From Phyllobates terribilis (lineage: Eukaryota), in the NCBI RefSeq assembly GCF_046119375.1, contig NW_027362765.1, positions 418,128,001-418,192,000 on the forward strand: a stretch of 64,000 nt of DNA, given 5' to 3'. The translations under genes were made by a program, and so were the position numbers. The notes below the pieces were generated by a model. That model saw nothing but the letters and a program-made list of their open reading frames with translations, made no database searches and had not been told where the DNA came from. Numbering within the stretch: position 1 is the first letter of the stretch; each line of letters starts with the position of its first letter. Below are positions 12,180-26,461 of the stretch, piece after piece.

Positions 12180-13673
12180 TTATGATGACCAAAAAGAAAA
12201 ATGAAGACACAACCGAGTTAAAGGCAAAGTTTTATGAAAAATTCAAAATATTTGAAGAGGTAACTCATTTTATCATTGTTAAAGGGGTATTCCCATCTTG
12301 GGAAATGATGATATATCCACAGGAAAAGTCTGGTGTATGTGGGTCCCAGAAGCAGGTTGAGAACTCCAAGTAAATGGAGAGATACTCTCATGTGTGACAC
12401 AGGTATGTTCTCCAGATAAATGCAGATCTCAGGTATAACTATTGTGCAAAGAATACATTTTCATAATTGTGAGTCCATATTCACTGCTACTTGCTAGTTA
12501 TGGTGCAGATGTTACTCCTCCTCCAGTGCCGCTCTGCCAGCCTGACATTCACAGGCAAGAAACCACTTATTCCATCAGGAATGCCACAAAAAAGAGCGAG
12601 GACACTGGCTGCACTGGTCCATGACCGAGTCATCATGCCTGCTACGCCATTGCATATTAACTTATTAAGGACAATGCAAAACCCCTTAACCTTACTGGTG
12701 GTACAAACAGACTGCCTGTGAGGTTCTGAGACTTTCTATCATGGTTTTTTCATGTTGTGCTTAGATCTTGTTTTTTCCCTGCAGCCATCTTGCTTTCTGT
12801 TTGTGCATCCATTTTGCCCTCAGTTGTAATGGAGTCTTCAGCCTCTATGTCTCCACCCTGTTTTTCTGCCATTTGCACTTAAGCAGCCTCAGCTGTTAGT
12901 TCAGTGCTTCTGAATCCTGTCTGCAGCCAGTCTGTAACATTGCTTCCTGAAGCCTCTGGACTAAGCCCTTCAAGTCAGCTTCACTCTCTGAGGAATCCTC
13001 ATTGTTTACCTGCCTGTCTGAAGTTCCCCTTTATGGATCTGAGTCTTCTTACCTGCTGGATCACTGGACTACTGCTTTACTCAAAGGACTTCTCAGCACC
13101 CATAAGAGAGACTTTGCTTATTGCTTAAAGACTGTCTTTTGTTGTTGTGCCTTTTGCAACTCCGGGGAATCCGGGGTTAATCCAGTTACACCAGGAGGTG
13201 TTCTCTTTTGCTCAGAGTCTTGTATATTACTGTGCATCTGCTTGTATGACGTAATACAAGAATATTACTTTATCAAGACCTGTGTTTCTTGTACTTCCTT
13301 GCACTTATGCCAAGACTCCATATACACTGAATTCTACACTTTACACTGCCATTCCCAATGACGCTTGCATAAGACATTTTTTGACCCACGGTTTACCCAC
13401 CATATTAACATCATCACTCATATCCAAGGCATATCAGTCATCAATATGACATTGCAAAGTAATAACACAACTTGGATAATCAGCTGGTACCTCCAGTGGG
13501 ACAGGGTAAATGATAACTCATAGTAATGTCCAGTGTCGGCAGTCCTCTTTCTGCAGTTGCATCACATTTGACAGCAAGAAGAGCGATCCTTTGAGAATCG
13601 TGGGATCCACAATGAAACAGATCCAGCATAGCACTGTTGCTTTCATTCTGAACATATGTGGATAAGGCCTTAA

Positions 13674-14074
13674 AGAGGCTGCCCACCACTTTTACATTGA
13701 TGCCCTATCCTTAGGATTGGTCATGAATGTCTGATCGGCCAGGGTCCGGCACCGCTGCCGATCAGCTGTTATCGGTGTCAGCGGCCGCCGGCTGGAAGTA
13801 CTCACTTGCGGAGCTGGCCGTCTGCTTGTAGTGGCCGGGGTTTGGTAGTGCACATCCGCTTTCTATTGATTTGAATTGTGGGCAGATGTGTAGTACCCTG
13901 CGGCAGCCACTAGAAGTAGACAGCCAGCTCCACAAGTGAGTACTTCCGGCCGGTGGCAGCAGTCACCGATAGCAGCTGATCAGCAGGGGTGCAAGGTGTC
14001 GGACCCCGGCCGATCAGACATTGATGACCTATCCTAAGGATAGGGCATCAGTGTAAAAGTAGTGGACAACCTCT
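13674..14074. mobile_element. Palindromic T2-type (TTAA, Kolobok-like) MITE
   Basis: TTAA on both sides; arms inverted over nearly the full length (ccacttttacattgatgccctatccttagga / tcctaaggatagggcatcagtgtaaaagtagtgg). Confidence 0.85.
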
Positions 14075-14719
14075 TTAATTTACAGATTTTCTAAAATTAT
14101 TATATTAGAAAATTATTGACCATTTTGTTATATATACAGTATACAGTTTTCTTTTCAACTCTTAAATTTTATTCACAGACACTTGTCAAGAGGAACAGCC
14201 CTTACATTGGTGGAGAATCTTTGTCTATGATTGATTACATGATCTGGCCCTGGATTGAACGGTTCCAAATGATGGGTGTTGATGTTACAGAGTAAGAGAA
14301 AATCTACCTTCTTTTTATATAAAGTGATCTTCTGATACTGAGCAATTAACAAAATTTAGAGATGTAAAGAAATGTATCTAGAAGGAATAGATTTGATAGA
14401 ATATTGCTAGGATATACTATCACTTAATGATCGGTTGGATTCAATCTATGGGACCCCTCGGATCCTGAAAAGCAAGGGGCCACAGCACTGCTTCACTTCT
14501 TTGTATCCTTCAGCGGTTTTCTTCTGTACAGAGGCATTCTCAGGCTACACGCTGAAGGCCAGCTTTATTCAGTGAATGTGATTTGCTAAAGTTCTCTGCA
14601 CAGTCAGTTTTGCAGGAAAAAACGGTTCTTGGGGCAAAACAATGACACATCGCTGTGACCCTCTTCATTTTCAGGGTCACAGGGATCCTACCGATCAGAT
14701 CCCTACCATACATTCTGTC

Positions 14720-15250
14720 CAGAGGTAATACAGTGATATAGTAATACTGATAATTGGTGACATTATACAAAGGAGCTCCGTAGATAGTATATAGTGTAAG
14801 TATACAGGTAATATAGTGGTCACTTGTGAGATTATACTTAGGAGCTTTGCAGATAATATAGATTATAATGTGTACAGGTAATATACAGTGATCAGTTGTG
14901 ACATCATACACAGGAGCTCTGTAGATAGTATATATTGTCAGTGTACAGGTAATATAGTTATCACTAGTGACATCATACACAAGAACTCTGTAAATAATAT
15001 ACAGTGTAAGTATACAGGTAATACAGCGATCACTGGTGACATTATACATAGGAGCTCTGTACATAATATAGAGTTTATAATGTAAGTGTACACGCAATGG
15101 TATGATCACCAGTGACATACACAGGAGCTCTTTATATATTATATAATATAAGTGTACAGGTAATAGTGATCATCAGGACATTATAGGCTGGAGCTATGTA
15201 GATAGTATATAATGTATAGTGTATGTATACTTGTAATTAATACAGTGATC
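14720..15250. repeat. Degenerate minisatellite, unit about 70 bp, about 7-8 copies
   Basis: Recurring caggtaata...gtgacat(t/c)ataca..ggagctctgtag.ta.tatata at roughly 70-bp spacing. Confidence 0.8.
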
Positions 15251-17099
15251 AGGAGTGAGCAGGAGCACTGTTTATTGTGTATACCGTGCAGGTAAATCCA
15301 GTGACTCAAAAGTGACATCTCCAATTGAAGATATTCAATTTCTTCTTCATCCACCGCAGACCGCTATGACTTTTTCCAGCCACAACTCACTTCTGCAAAA
15401 ACTAACAAATATACATCTATGGCTGATCGCTGTAGAGCATCCGTCTCACTTATTCCCACACTGCGCCCTTTTGTTGCCTTCTCAGTAACAGTATCCCCAA
15501 AAATAAAATATATTACTATAGTGATGTCCCCCTTTGTGACCCACTCACAGTAGAAATATCTTCCTCTCTAACCCCCATACAGTGTTAATGCACATGTCCA
15601 ATTTTATGGCCCCCATAATAGTAAAATTCTCATTTGTGCCCACATATAGTAATGTCTGTCTTTGTGCTCAAATACAGCAAGAATTGCCCCCCAGTGGCAC
15701 CACTCCAGTTATAGCGTCCACCTTTTATACTTCGATACAACTGGAATGTACCAAATTGTGACACTATAAATATGTGGAATATTATTAATACCCAAGATAG
15801 GGGAGTAATTGTGTCCCTTAAGTGACCCTATACAGTGATAGTGTCCCCCAATTGGCCCTATATAGTAACAATGTCCTCAAATTGGCCCCATACAGTATTA
15901 ATGTCCCCCAATTGGACACCTATGTCATCTTCTGGCCTTCGATAAGTTGCTTGTGAAGGTCTAAGGACTCACATCCAGCTGACAATAGCGCTTGCACCAG
16001 CGGGCCCCATTCCTCCATGGTCCCAATCATCCTCGCCGCCCCTGTGACCATGACCATTATACCACTGCATGTACCCCTCCATTCTCTGTAGGACTGCCAG
16101 AGATAACTGAAGAAGTTGCTTCAATTAAAACAACAGAAAAATGGATTTTTTAGCAAGTCTGGTATGTCAAGAGAGCTGACCGGTCCTCTCGCACCTGGTA
16201 GATTGGAGTCTAGGATATCTGACAACTTTTGGAAGATGTAATTCCAGCCATTTTAGTTGATAAACAATTTTGCCAATAACTAGAAAAACAAAGTTGAGTA
16301 GAGATGAAAATTTGAAAATAGTTGATTTTGGAGTTTATATTTTCAGTAGTTGAATATATGTTCATTATTTTTTGTTTCTCTAGGGTTTTGGAGAAGATGC
16401 CACATATCAATGCCTGGTACAAGCGTATGCTGAAGGACCCAGCTGTTAAAAAGACCTTTACTGAACCAGAAGTGTACATAGGTTTTTCGAAAATATATGA
16501 CAGTGTAGATGCCGCTGATTATGGGCTTGATTAAACTCATCAGTAGCTGTGTCATCTCGGTTTCAAACCCATATTTTGTGTTTGCCATTTTAAGGCCGGA
16601 TTCAAATGACTGTACTGGAACCTGGGCCAGTCATGTCTGCAAATTTAGCTATAACTCACATTTTTAAAATCAAATATAATCCTAAAAATGGAAAAAGGGA
16701 CAGATAAACTTGAAAGAGAAGCGAAAAAATGCAGGAAAAAAAAAACCCTGTAGTTTAGATTAATCCATTCCAGAGGCCCACACAGAATATGTTAATGATA
16801 ATAATATACTAGGCGTCCATCCAAACGCCATACTGCGCAAATATGTATACCCAAAAACTGATGAATTGGCCCAAAAAATAAAATCATACAGTTCATGGAG
16901 TATTCAAAATCCTCTTTACAGTTGTATAATACGATTTTAACATTCATCCATTATTATTACATTTCTCAAAAAAAAATAAATAAAAGTGTGTTCCTACTTT
17001 TTTGTTCTCAAAAACTATCTTGTAGGTTTAATTTCTGTTTCACTAATAAATAGACAATTTTTCTAACTATTTGTGCAAAATGGGGGTGATCAGGACGGT

Positions 17100-17630
17100 A
17101 TTATTTCTACATAAAGATGCTAGCTATATATCTTCAAACATTAAGATAGCTGGAGATGGACTTGTAACCTTGAGATTGTTGATATTTTTCAACAATTTTG
17201 GTTCTCAAATCCTTAGACAGTTCTCTTTTTCTCTTTCTGTTCTCCATGCTTAGTGTGGCACATACAGACACACAATGCAAAGATTGAATCAACTTCTCCC
17301 CTTTTTATCTGGTTTCAGATGTGATTTTCAGTTTGCCCACACCTGTTACTTTGCTCAGGTGAGTTTGAACGACCATCACATGCTTGAAGCAAAGTTCTTT
17401 ACCCACATTTTTGGAAAGGTGCAAACAATTTTGTCAGGCCCATTTTGGGGGTTTACTGTGAAATTATGTCCAATTTGCCTTTTTTTCTCAGTTTTTTTTA
17501 GGGGTTTCAACACACGCAAAGGAAATAAACATGTATATAACAAAACATGTGTAATTGCAATAATTTTCTGGGAGAAATACTTCATTTTCTGGAACAATTT
17601 CAAGGGAGCCAACACTTTCGGCCATGACTG
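17100..17630 (-). mobile_element. Truncated Tc1 remnant (one TIR plus 5' end of transposase)
   Basis: Ends ...ccaacactttcggccatgactg|ta (TA-CAGT terminus on the minus strand); 17170-17250 resembles the transposase start at 5690-5758. Left boundary is approximate. Confidence 0.7.
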
Positions 17631-18262
17631 TAAGGTGCCGAGGTGCTTGCAAATTTGCACTATGGGACCTTGCTTAAAATTCATATCTTTGTTTGTTCCA
17701 CAGCAGTTCAAGAACCAAAAAAGGTCCATACTCATATTTTGGCCCATAGTCTTTCCTTAACCAGCTTTTTACTAATGAGCATATAGAGTTCCCTAGTACC
17801 TGCTTCTGAAGCCACAGTACAAGGCGGTTGATTGCCACAGTATTAAATACTTTTGTAAATTCAAGATACAGTATATTAAATCAGCCACATGACCAACATC
17901 CACATTTATTTACCTCCCCATAGAAATCCAGCATGTTGGTTAGACACAACTTATTTTTCATGAATCCGTGCTTGTTATTCATTTATTAGTTTGTTCTCCA
18001 CTTTTACATTTGCAGGTCATCTAAAATGTTGTACACGACTAACGGTAAACCAGTAAGACAAAAGCCAACACTCCGTCATTTTTGAGAAAACTCCGTGTGT
18101 ATTGCAACTTTATTCTATACGTGCTAAAATCACTGAACACAGGTTGTCAAACATCTGACGCGTTTTGGAAGTAAACTTTCTTATTCATAGTTTTTCAGTC
18201 AGTGTTTGATGAGCTGTGTTCAGTGGTTTTAGCACGTATGGAATAAAGTTACAATAAACACC

Positions 18263-19027
18263 TGTTATGCGCTTCACAGAGGGACCCAGCAAGACTGGCA
18301 CTAATCCAGCAAAGGCGCAGCCACAGACGTACTTGGAACAAGTTGCCCAGCTAGGTGAGCCCTTGAGGGCCGGGAATACTCTTCATCCAGCTTCCAGTAT
18401 ATGGAAGGGGGACATTGACAGAGCCCTTCCCAGGCTCACTGTCACCGGACAGCTGGCATCTGGTGATGCGGCTGGTGCCCAGTCTAGGACCCGGTGAGTA
18501 CCTCTGCAGGAACACCTGGAAGTGTAACCAAAAGAGAAAATGAGAAAACCCTGCTCAGAAAGCAAAACCTCATGCTAGCACCGCACACCACCAAGCACAT
18601 AGGGAACTGCAATTAACAGCAAAGGACTGAGCATAGAGCAGGATTATATAACCTGCCTAATGATCAGGTGTTGATTACCTCCCAATCATCCCCAGACAGC
18701 CACTCCCTGCTAGCTTCAACAGCAGACTGGACAAAATCCCACGATTGCTTATTGCCAAACAAAGCAGCGTCCTGCTTTGCATGGCAACCGGGGAAGACAG
18801 CATCCCATCTTCCCTGGGCAGAGAAATCAGTGAGAGAAACAGCGTCCCGTGTCCTCATACATCCCACAACACCAGAACTCAACACTCCACAAGATTGGGA
18901 CACTTTCCCTGCATGCGTGGTAACGCTGCCTCCAGAGTCAGGACAATGGTGGCACTTGCAACCAAAGTAGCGTAGTACCCGACCTGCTCCATCACCAGGT
19001 GGGAGGACGTAGCCACGATTCGTAACA
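18263..19027 (-). mobile_element. Probable solo LTR inserted in a small inverted-repeat element
   Basis: TGTTATG...CGTAACA termini; it interrupts the right arm of an inverted repeat whose left arm is at about 18080-18145. The TSD (acacc) is only partly resolved. Confidence 0.6.
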
Positions 19028-21007
19028 CCGAGATTTCTCAAGAAGGACAGAGTGCTGGCTTTTCTCTTATTGGATTATATTGGTAAGATCTGCTCAAACT
19101 ACCGAGCACCCTGGATGAACTCATTACAGGTGTGATGAACTGTTGGTTTTCTTATATTCGACTCATGGCAACTTCACTGGATGGTAGATCCACCTTCATA
19201 CCCTTCCTGAATATCGGTACCACCTCATTCCTCCTCCTTTCTGGTACCACTGACCCTATTAGAAGAAAGTCTAAGTTTAGATACAACGGTGTATGAATTA
19301 CAGAGCTGGTGAAGATCGATGTAAAGTGCTCTTTTAATATTTATGCCTTCTCTTTCTCCTCTACAATTATATTACTTTGGTCATCTTTTAGGAAAGTGAT
19401 GTTCCAGGGAAATAGTGGTCTCAAGAAGATGGCCATTATGGAGCCATTCATATATACGGCTCCTGAGAGCAGTAATATGACCATGTTTAAAAGTGAAAAG
19501 ATAAAATTACAATATTGTTTAGCCAACAAAAGAGGAGCCCCCTATGCCTGAGCTGCTTGGAGATCCCTTTCTAGATATCTGCTGCTGTGTTTTTCTTCCG
19601 ATTCGTCAACTTGGTCTCACACCAGATTTATGGTAAGTGTCTCATATGCCAACTTGTCCTGTTGTAAGAATTCAAACATATGATTGAGTGCAGTGGTCAG
19701 GTGACTTTTGCAGTGCCTCATAGGGTGCTTTATGATGACGTGCTGCTCAATGTCACCTGACCGCTGTAGGTAATCACAGTCTGCAGCAGTTTGACAGGTA
19801 GTTCTTCCTGTCTCTGCAAACAATATGGAGCGGCCAAGGCTGGATCCAGTTCCATGCCAATAGGTCTGTATAACTGAGTTTGTTATGTTTTATGTGGCGC
19901 CCTGCTGCGCATTAGTGCCACAGATCTCAGAGGGGTACATGGATGGACTTCTCCACAAGAGGCCCTCATAGCATTCATACACCTCCACCCTACCACCTCA
20001 GACCACCAGAGGGAGCCAGGATAGGGATATATATACTGGAGGGTGAAGTTAGGCAGTCAGTCTGTTGAGAGGAGCTCCTGCAGAAGCTAGCCTGCAGTGG
20101 AGCTCAGTCAGTCCAGTCCAGACTCAGAGAGCTCAGATTAGTGAGCCAGAGGTGTGCTGACACCAAAAGAGCGGTGAAGAGAAGCAAGGCCTACTGCCCG
20201 TGTGAAACCTAGTGAGGGCCCCGAGCGTGGCCGAAGGCGAGTGGAGTAAAGAGAGCAACAAAAGGGGGCAGAGGAGCTTTACACGCTCACTCCAAGAACA
20301 TATACCGGACACCGGGTCCGCTTCTGCAGGGATTCCTTATACCCAGCAGAAATAACGAGAACCCCTGGAGAACTATATGTCCCAGGAACACCAAAAGCTG
20401 ATTACGTACCAGGGTCAGGAGTCACAGAGGTCCCAGAGACCAGGGAGTGTGAACTCCAATAGAAGGCCCCACCACCAAGTCAGCAGGTGCAAGACAGAGA
20501 CCAAGTTAGGCCTAGCTCCAGGCAGGTCAGAAACTTATCAAGGAAAGGCAAGGAACAGGAGGCCCCACACCCGCTCACTGGGGAGAGTCCTGATATGCAC
20601 CCTTCACCCTGAAGTACCCTGGACCGTGCGTGAAACACCACCAGTAAAGGTACTGAAGTGAACTGTTGTGTGTGTGCCTATACTTCCTCTGACCCCGCTG
20701 GGTCCCCTCTGTCCTGCATCCCTACTCTTACGCTGCCCTGATGCGCCGCTCCACCTGTGGGGAGTCGTACCAACTAAGCTGCCTAAACACCGGCCTCAGA
20801 GGACTATCGCAGCGCTGGTGATCCTCACCAAACACCATGGGTGGCGTCACGAACATTCCCTATCCCATATAACTTCCCCCCTTTCTTTTTAAGAGTGGCC
20901 CCAGGGTACGGGCCCGGGAGCCGACCACCGCGACATCCCCCAAGATCAGGCAAAAACAAGGCCCGGGCGCCGAGTCGTCCCCAAACCCTGGGTGCGTCAT
21001 CTCTTCC

Positions 21008-21026
21008 TGGCGTCACGAACAGGATT
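21008..21026 (+). promoter_or_regulatory. Primer binding site, complementary to tRNA-Ser(CGA) 3' end
   Basis: TGGCGTCACGAACAGGATT matches, from recall, the vertebrate tRNA-Ser(CGA) end AATCCTGTTCGTGACGCCA. Confidence 0.8.
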
Positions 21027-21344
21027 CCGTGCGCGCTGCAATGACGGAGTGTTGTGCCCGTTGCCACCGGGTACTGTGCGCCTTTAATCAGAACTGTGTA
21101 TTTAACTGTGGTGAAGATCGCCGCCATTGTTGTGCCGCAGAGCGGGAAGACGGGCGTAACCGCCGGAAACTGAGAGGCGTACCTGCTGAAACGCGCGAAG
21201 CCCCGGACACGCCCCACGCCTCGACGTCAAACCAGGAAGCGCCAGGTCCTGGAAGGAGCCCTGGTGAGCGCTCTGACGCGGAGCTGCGGCCTACCAGAGG
21301 AAAAGAAAAGAAGGTAGGCCGCAGTTCGCTAGCGGGGCACCGGA

Positions 21345-24300
21345 ATGTCCGAAGAACAGCACAACGCCGGAGTACCGGTTAACGGCCCTGATGATCAACC
21401 CGCGCCCGGCGCCGAGCAGGCCGAAGCAGCCGCTCCACCAGCAGGGCTTGTAACCCCTGTCATACCCATGGCCCTACCATACATCCCTGGAGCGAAGTGG
21501 CTCCCCCAGTACAGCGGCAAACCAGATACCCTGTCTGCATTCAAAAGGAAAATATGCGATATACTGGACATGTACTCTGACAGGCAAGCAAAGAACCGCT
21601 GTTGTATTGGGACAATTGACTGGTGCTGCGGAGCGAGAAGTAGAAACCTGGTCGGCCGCAGACCAGGAGGTAGTGTCCGCAATCTTTAAAAAGTTACAGA
21701 TTGTCTTTGAGGATCGTACTGAGACAGACCTCCGGATGAGGTTCTACAACTGCTCTCAGCAACCGGAGGACAGTGTTCGGGACTATGCCTGGCGTTTACA
21801 AGGGGCCCTGCAACCAGCATCAATAATGAAAATAGAATGCTGAAGGAACAGTTTATCCGGGGACTGAGGTCTCAGGAGGAGAGCAGGACTGTGCGTTGGT
21901 GGTCCCTGGATCATCCAGATGCCACCTTTGACACCCTTAAGGACATGGCTATAAAAGGACTGCAGCCCCTGGAAACAACTGCTATCCAATGTTACCAGGG
22001 TGGGGCCCCCCAGTGCCTGCAGCGTCCACCTTTTCCCCGGAGGCTGCTGAAACCAAGGTTCCAGCAACGTCCCCTAGTAAGCTGGACAGCCAGCTCTGAA
22101 GTGTGTCAGTTGAGCAAAACCCTGACCACTGTACTGAGTGCCCTGCAGCTGCGGACGGAGCCCGAGGCAGAAAGAAGGATCCTTCTAGCAGACAGCCCTG
22201 AGGATGTCCCCTGGATGAGAAGGAGGAGGACGATAACGCCACCCCCTGGGAGGACCAGCGACCAACGCCGCCCGCCGAAGGACCCTGTCTGCCACCGCTG
22301 CCACAAGACAGGTCACGCTGTCCAGAGCTGTCCTTTAAACGAGCAAACCCTGGGGCCGAGGGCCGACACCCAGGAGTAGACTCCTCAGGCCCATCAAGCT
22401 GGTAACGCAGGTTCGTGGGAGGAACACCTTTTCTGTCCATCGTGCTGGGTGGCATCGCGACACCCGCTCTGCTGGACACAGGATCTCAGGTAACCATCAT
22501 TCCTGATGTCCTCTACAAAAGGTTCTGGTCTATAGACGAACTTCACCCGCCAGATCCAAATCTTTCCGTGTATACCTCAAACGGCCTCCCCCTTAACCTA
22601 GTCGGGGTTAAGGAGGTGGCAGTGAAGGTAGGAAGAGTGGAACTGAAAGACCAGGGACTAATTGTAGTAGAAACTAATCCTGATGATACAAACTTGTATA
22701 TGGTACTTGGCACAAATATTGTTAGTAACTGTTTGGGAGAAGTGGTGTTCTTGCTCCAACAGATAGCTGACACTGCCTGACCAGGGCAGAGGAGGGTGCT
22801 CCAGAAAGATCGGAGCCCTTATGTACCAGCAACAGGTAAAGCTAACAGGCGGTGAAATTGGTAATGTATGGGTGACAGACCCGGTACCCATTGTGATCCC
22901 CCCGATGAATGAAATGCTGATTTGGTGTAGAGCAGCAATAGGTCTCAAAGGACGGAGCTACCAGGCGGTAGTAGAGACCCTTAGCTCGGAACATAGACCT
23001 ACACTCTTGACTGCCAGAGGGGTACTGGATGTACGCAATGGGAGGGTGCCCGTGCGCCTCCTGAACTATGGGGAGGAAGAGGTTAGATTACCAAGATACG
23101 CCACTGTTGCCAAACTGTACGCAGTAGATAACAACTCCATATACACGGCGGAGTTCTTAACCTCACCAGACGAAATGGAGGATAATGACCCGGGAACCCA
23201 GGTGGAGGATTGGTGTCAACAGCTCCATGTTGGGACAGACACCACTCCTGCCCTTCAGAAACAGGGTGTACACTGGGTGGTTCAGGAATACAAGCAGGTA
23301 TTCAGTAAACACCCACTTGACTTTGGGAGGATTAAAGGGGTACAACACCATATACCCACAGATGGCCATCCACCCATCAAAGAACGTTATAAGCCCATAC
23401 CACCAGCACACTACCAGAAGGCAAATGAGATGTTGCACAACATGAAGAAGGCTGGGGTAGTAAGGGATAGTTGTAGTCCCTGGGCAGCTCCCCTAGTTCT
23501 AGTCAGGAAAAAGGACGGAAGCATGAGAATGTGTGTAGATTACAGACAAGTAAATCGCATTACACATAAAGATGCATACCCTTTACCACGTATAGAGGAA
23601 TCCTTGGCTGCCTTAAGTCTGCAAATTACTTCTCCACCCTTGACCTCACTTGTGGGTACTGGCAAGTAGCTGTTGCTGAGGAGGATCGGGAGAAGACGGC
23701 CTTTACTACCCCGATGGGACTCTGCGAGTTCAACAGTATGCCTTTTGGACTCTGCAACGCCCCCGGAATGTTCCAGAGATTGATGGAGTGCTGCCTGGGA
23801 CACCGCAACTTCGAGACCGTACTGCTATACCTGGATGATGTGATAGTGTACTCCAAAACGTACGAGGACCATTTGAAGCACCTGGCAGAGGTATTTGAGT
23901 CGCTGTCCCGGTATGGGATGAAGCTGAAGCCCTCCAAGTGTCACCTGCTCAAGCGAAAGGTACAGTACCTGGGGCACATCGTCAGTCCAGAAGGAGTAGC
24001 ACTGGACCCGGAGAAGGTCACTGCCATCCAGAAATGGCCGGAGCCGAAGAGCCTCAAGGAGGTACGTCAGTTCCTGGGACTAGTCTGGTATTACCGGAGG
24101 TTTGTGAAGGACTATACCAAGAAAGCGGCGCCTTTGCAAGATCTCCTAGTAGGACAGTCCGTCCGGGAGAGGCAGAAAACCCCCGTTCCAGTGGGGTAAG
24201 GAGCAAGCTGAATCCTTTAAAGTGGTGAAGGAGATCCTGACCGGCGAAGAGATCCTAGCCTACCCTGACTACAGCCAACCGTTCCTGCTGTACACTGATG

Positions 24301-26461
24301 CCAGCAACGAGGGATTAGGAGCTGTGTTAAGTCAGAAGCAGAATGGCTGAGAGAAGGTGATCGCCTATGCAAGAAGGAAGCTCCGCCTGACTGAGAGGAA
24401 CCCAGAGAACTATAGCAGCTTCAAGTTGGAGTTCCTGGCCCTGGTCTGGGCCATCACCGAGCGGTTCAAGCACTACCTAGACTCCAGTAAGTTCACTGCC
24501 TTTATTGATAATAACCCCTTGACTCATCTGGAAACAGCCAAGCTAGGAGCCATGGAACAACGATGGATGGCTCGGCTGTCAAACTACAAATTCACTATTA
24601 AGTACCGGGTGGGCCGCAAGAACGCCAACGCCGATGCCCTGTCCAGGATGCCTCACCAGTCGGACACTGAAGAAGAAGTGGATGACCTGGAGGAGATTGA
24701 ACTACCTGCCTTTCATCGGAATGGGATGGTCCACGAGCAACGAGCCTCCAGGAGGCATCGCGGTAAGACGTTAAACCCCCTGCCTCACCACAGCTGGAAG
24801 GAGACCCAGGATAGCGACCCGGTTGTCAGCCGTATCAAAGAGCTGATAACCCAGGAAGGTTCCTCCCTGGAGAATGACGCTTCTCTACAAGCCAAGCAAC
24901 TGTGGAATGAGAGAAGCTGGCTATTCATCTATAGAGAGAAGCTGTGTCGGAGGTACGTCAGCCCCAAAACCCATGAGATGGTATGGCAGATCGTAGTGCC
25001 CAGGACGGACATCCAGATGGTGTTGGAGGCCTACCACGATCAAGCAGGGCACTTTGGCTGGAAGAAGCTAGAAACCCTGCTGAAGTGTCAGTTTTATTGG
25101 GTAGGAATGCGCAGTTCCATTGAGAGGTGGTGCTGGAATTGTGGACCCTGTAGCCTCAGAAGAAAAGACTACAGCAGCCAGAAGGCACCCCTGCAACCCA
25201 TCAAGACAACTCGACCTTTGGAGATCATGGCCCTGGATCATGTCAAGCTGTCACCCAGCAGGTCAGGATATTCTTATGCCCTGACCATGGTGGATCACTA
25301 CTCCCAGTTCCTGGTGGTCGACCCCGTCAAGGATCTGACGGCAGAAACTGCGGCGAAGATGTTTCAGGCGTACTTCTGCAGGCCCCATGGACACCCAGAG
25401 CAGGTGCTGACAGATCAAGGTTCAGCCTTTGAAGCCGAATTGTTCAAGGAGTTCTGCCATTTGTACGGGTGTAAAAAGATCCGGACTACACCGTACCACC
25501 CCCAAACCAACGGTCTCTGTGAAAAGATGAATAACATCGTCATCGACCTGCTAAAGACCTTACCACTAGAGGAGAGAAATCAGTGGCCAGACCTACTACC
25601 TGACCTGGTAGATCTGTACAACCACATACCTGTGAGTTCCACCAATTGCACTCCAGCATATCTCATGCGAGCAAGACCTGGGAAGTTGCCCATGGACCTG
25701 GAGCTTGGTGTAGTAGAACCAAAAGCAGATATGTCCACTGAGGACTGGGACATGACCAGACAGGAGCAGTACAGAAGAGTACAGACCTGTGTCGAAGACA
25801 GTCTCACTCGGGTAAGGGACAAGCAGGAAGCCCACTACAATAACAGTGAGCCCGCAGAACCCTTCACACCAGGAGAAGTGGTGTTAAAGAGGAAAAGGAG
25901 AAACCACAAACTTGATGACCAGTGGGAGAGAGAACCCTACACTGTGTTAAATTCAAGATTTGATAACAAGAAGACCTGTTTGATTAGCAAAGATGGAGGA
26001 ATAAAGACTGCAACGGTATCTAGAGACCATCTGAAGTTTGTCCAGACCTGCTAAAGCCCCAAGAAGGAGTGCCTCTCACCGTACCGGAGGAGCCTCAAGA
26101 AGCAGTACTCCATACTCACTTAGATGATTTCCTGGCAGATTGGCCTCAACTAGGAGGAGCAGTAATAATACCTGTGATCCACTTCTATCAACAGCCAGAA
26201 GACCCTCCACAGCAAGTAGAACCTGTAAGTGCTTCAGAAGAGCCTGCTCAAGAAGAATCCCCGGAAGAAGGATCCCCGGTTGGAGCAGAGCAAGAAGGCC
26301 TTGCCAGTCCTGTAGAGAGGTTAAGGCAACCCTGCAGTCCCCCAACGCTTAGAACTGACAGAATGGGAGGTAGTACAAACACGAGTACCACACGCTTCCC
26401 AGTACCACGTAGGTCGACACATAGCACACGAGGTCAGACCCCTGTCAGATACAGAGAATAG
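21345..26461 (+). pseudogene. Frameshifted gag-pol of the Gypsy element
   Basis: CHRCHKTGHAVQSC knuckle (21837-22379), LLDTGSQ protease (22415-22780), RT with YLDD (22821-24199), RNase H plus integrase (24357-26054), RRSTHSTRGQTPVRY tail (26069-26461). Broken into at least 8 ORFs. Confidence 0.93.

Larger units (their letters stand above)
7579..16534 (+). pseudogene. Glutathione S-transferase omega-like pseudogene; coding exons 7579-7609, 9841-9949, 10153-10354, 10951-10976 + 12184-12259, 14179-14291, 16384-16534
   Basis: GT-AG exons with the same phases as the intact copy; [10 protein letters not shown] active-site region. In-frame TAG at 10277-10279 lies in a rearranged exon 3, and exon 4 is split by a solo LTR. 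Confidence 0.9.

Noticed and set aside
12510-13410. Possible solo LTR (TGTTA...TAACA)
   Set aside because: The flanks (gcaga / tcatc) give no TSD and there is no second copy in the window.
14540-15118. 192-aa minus-strand ORF
   Set aside because: It is a translation of the ~70-bp minisatellite.
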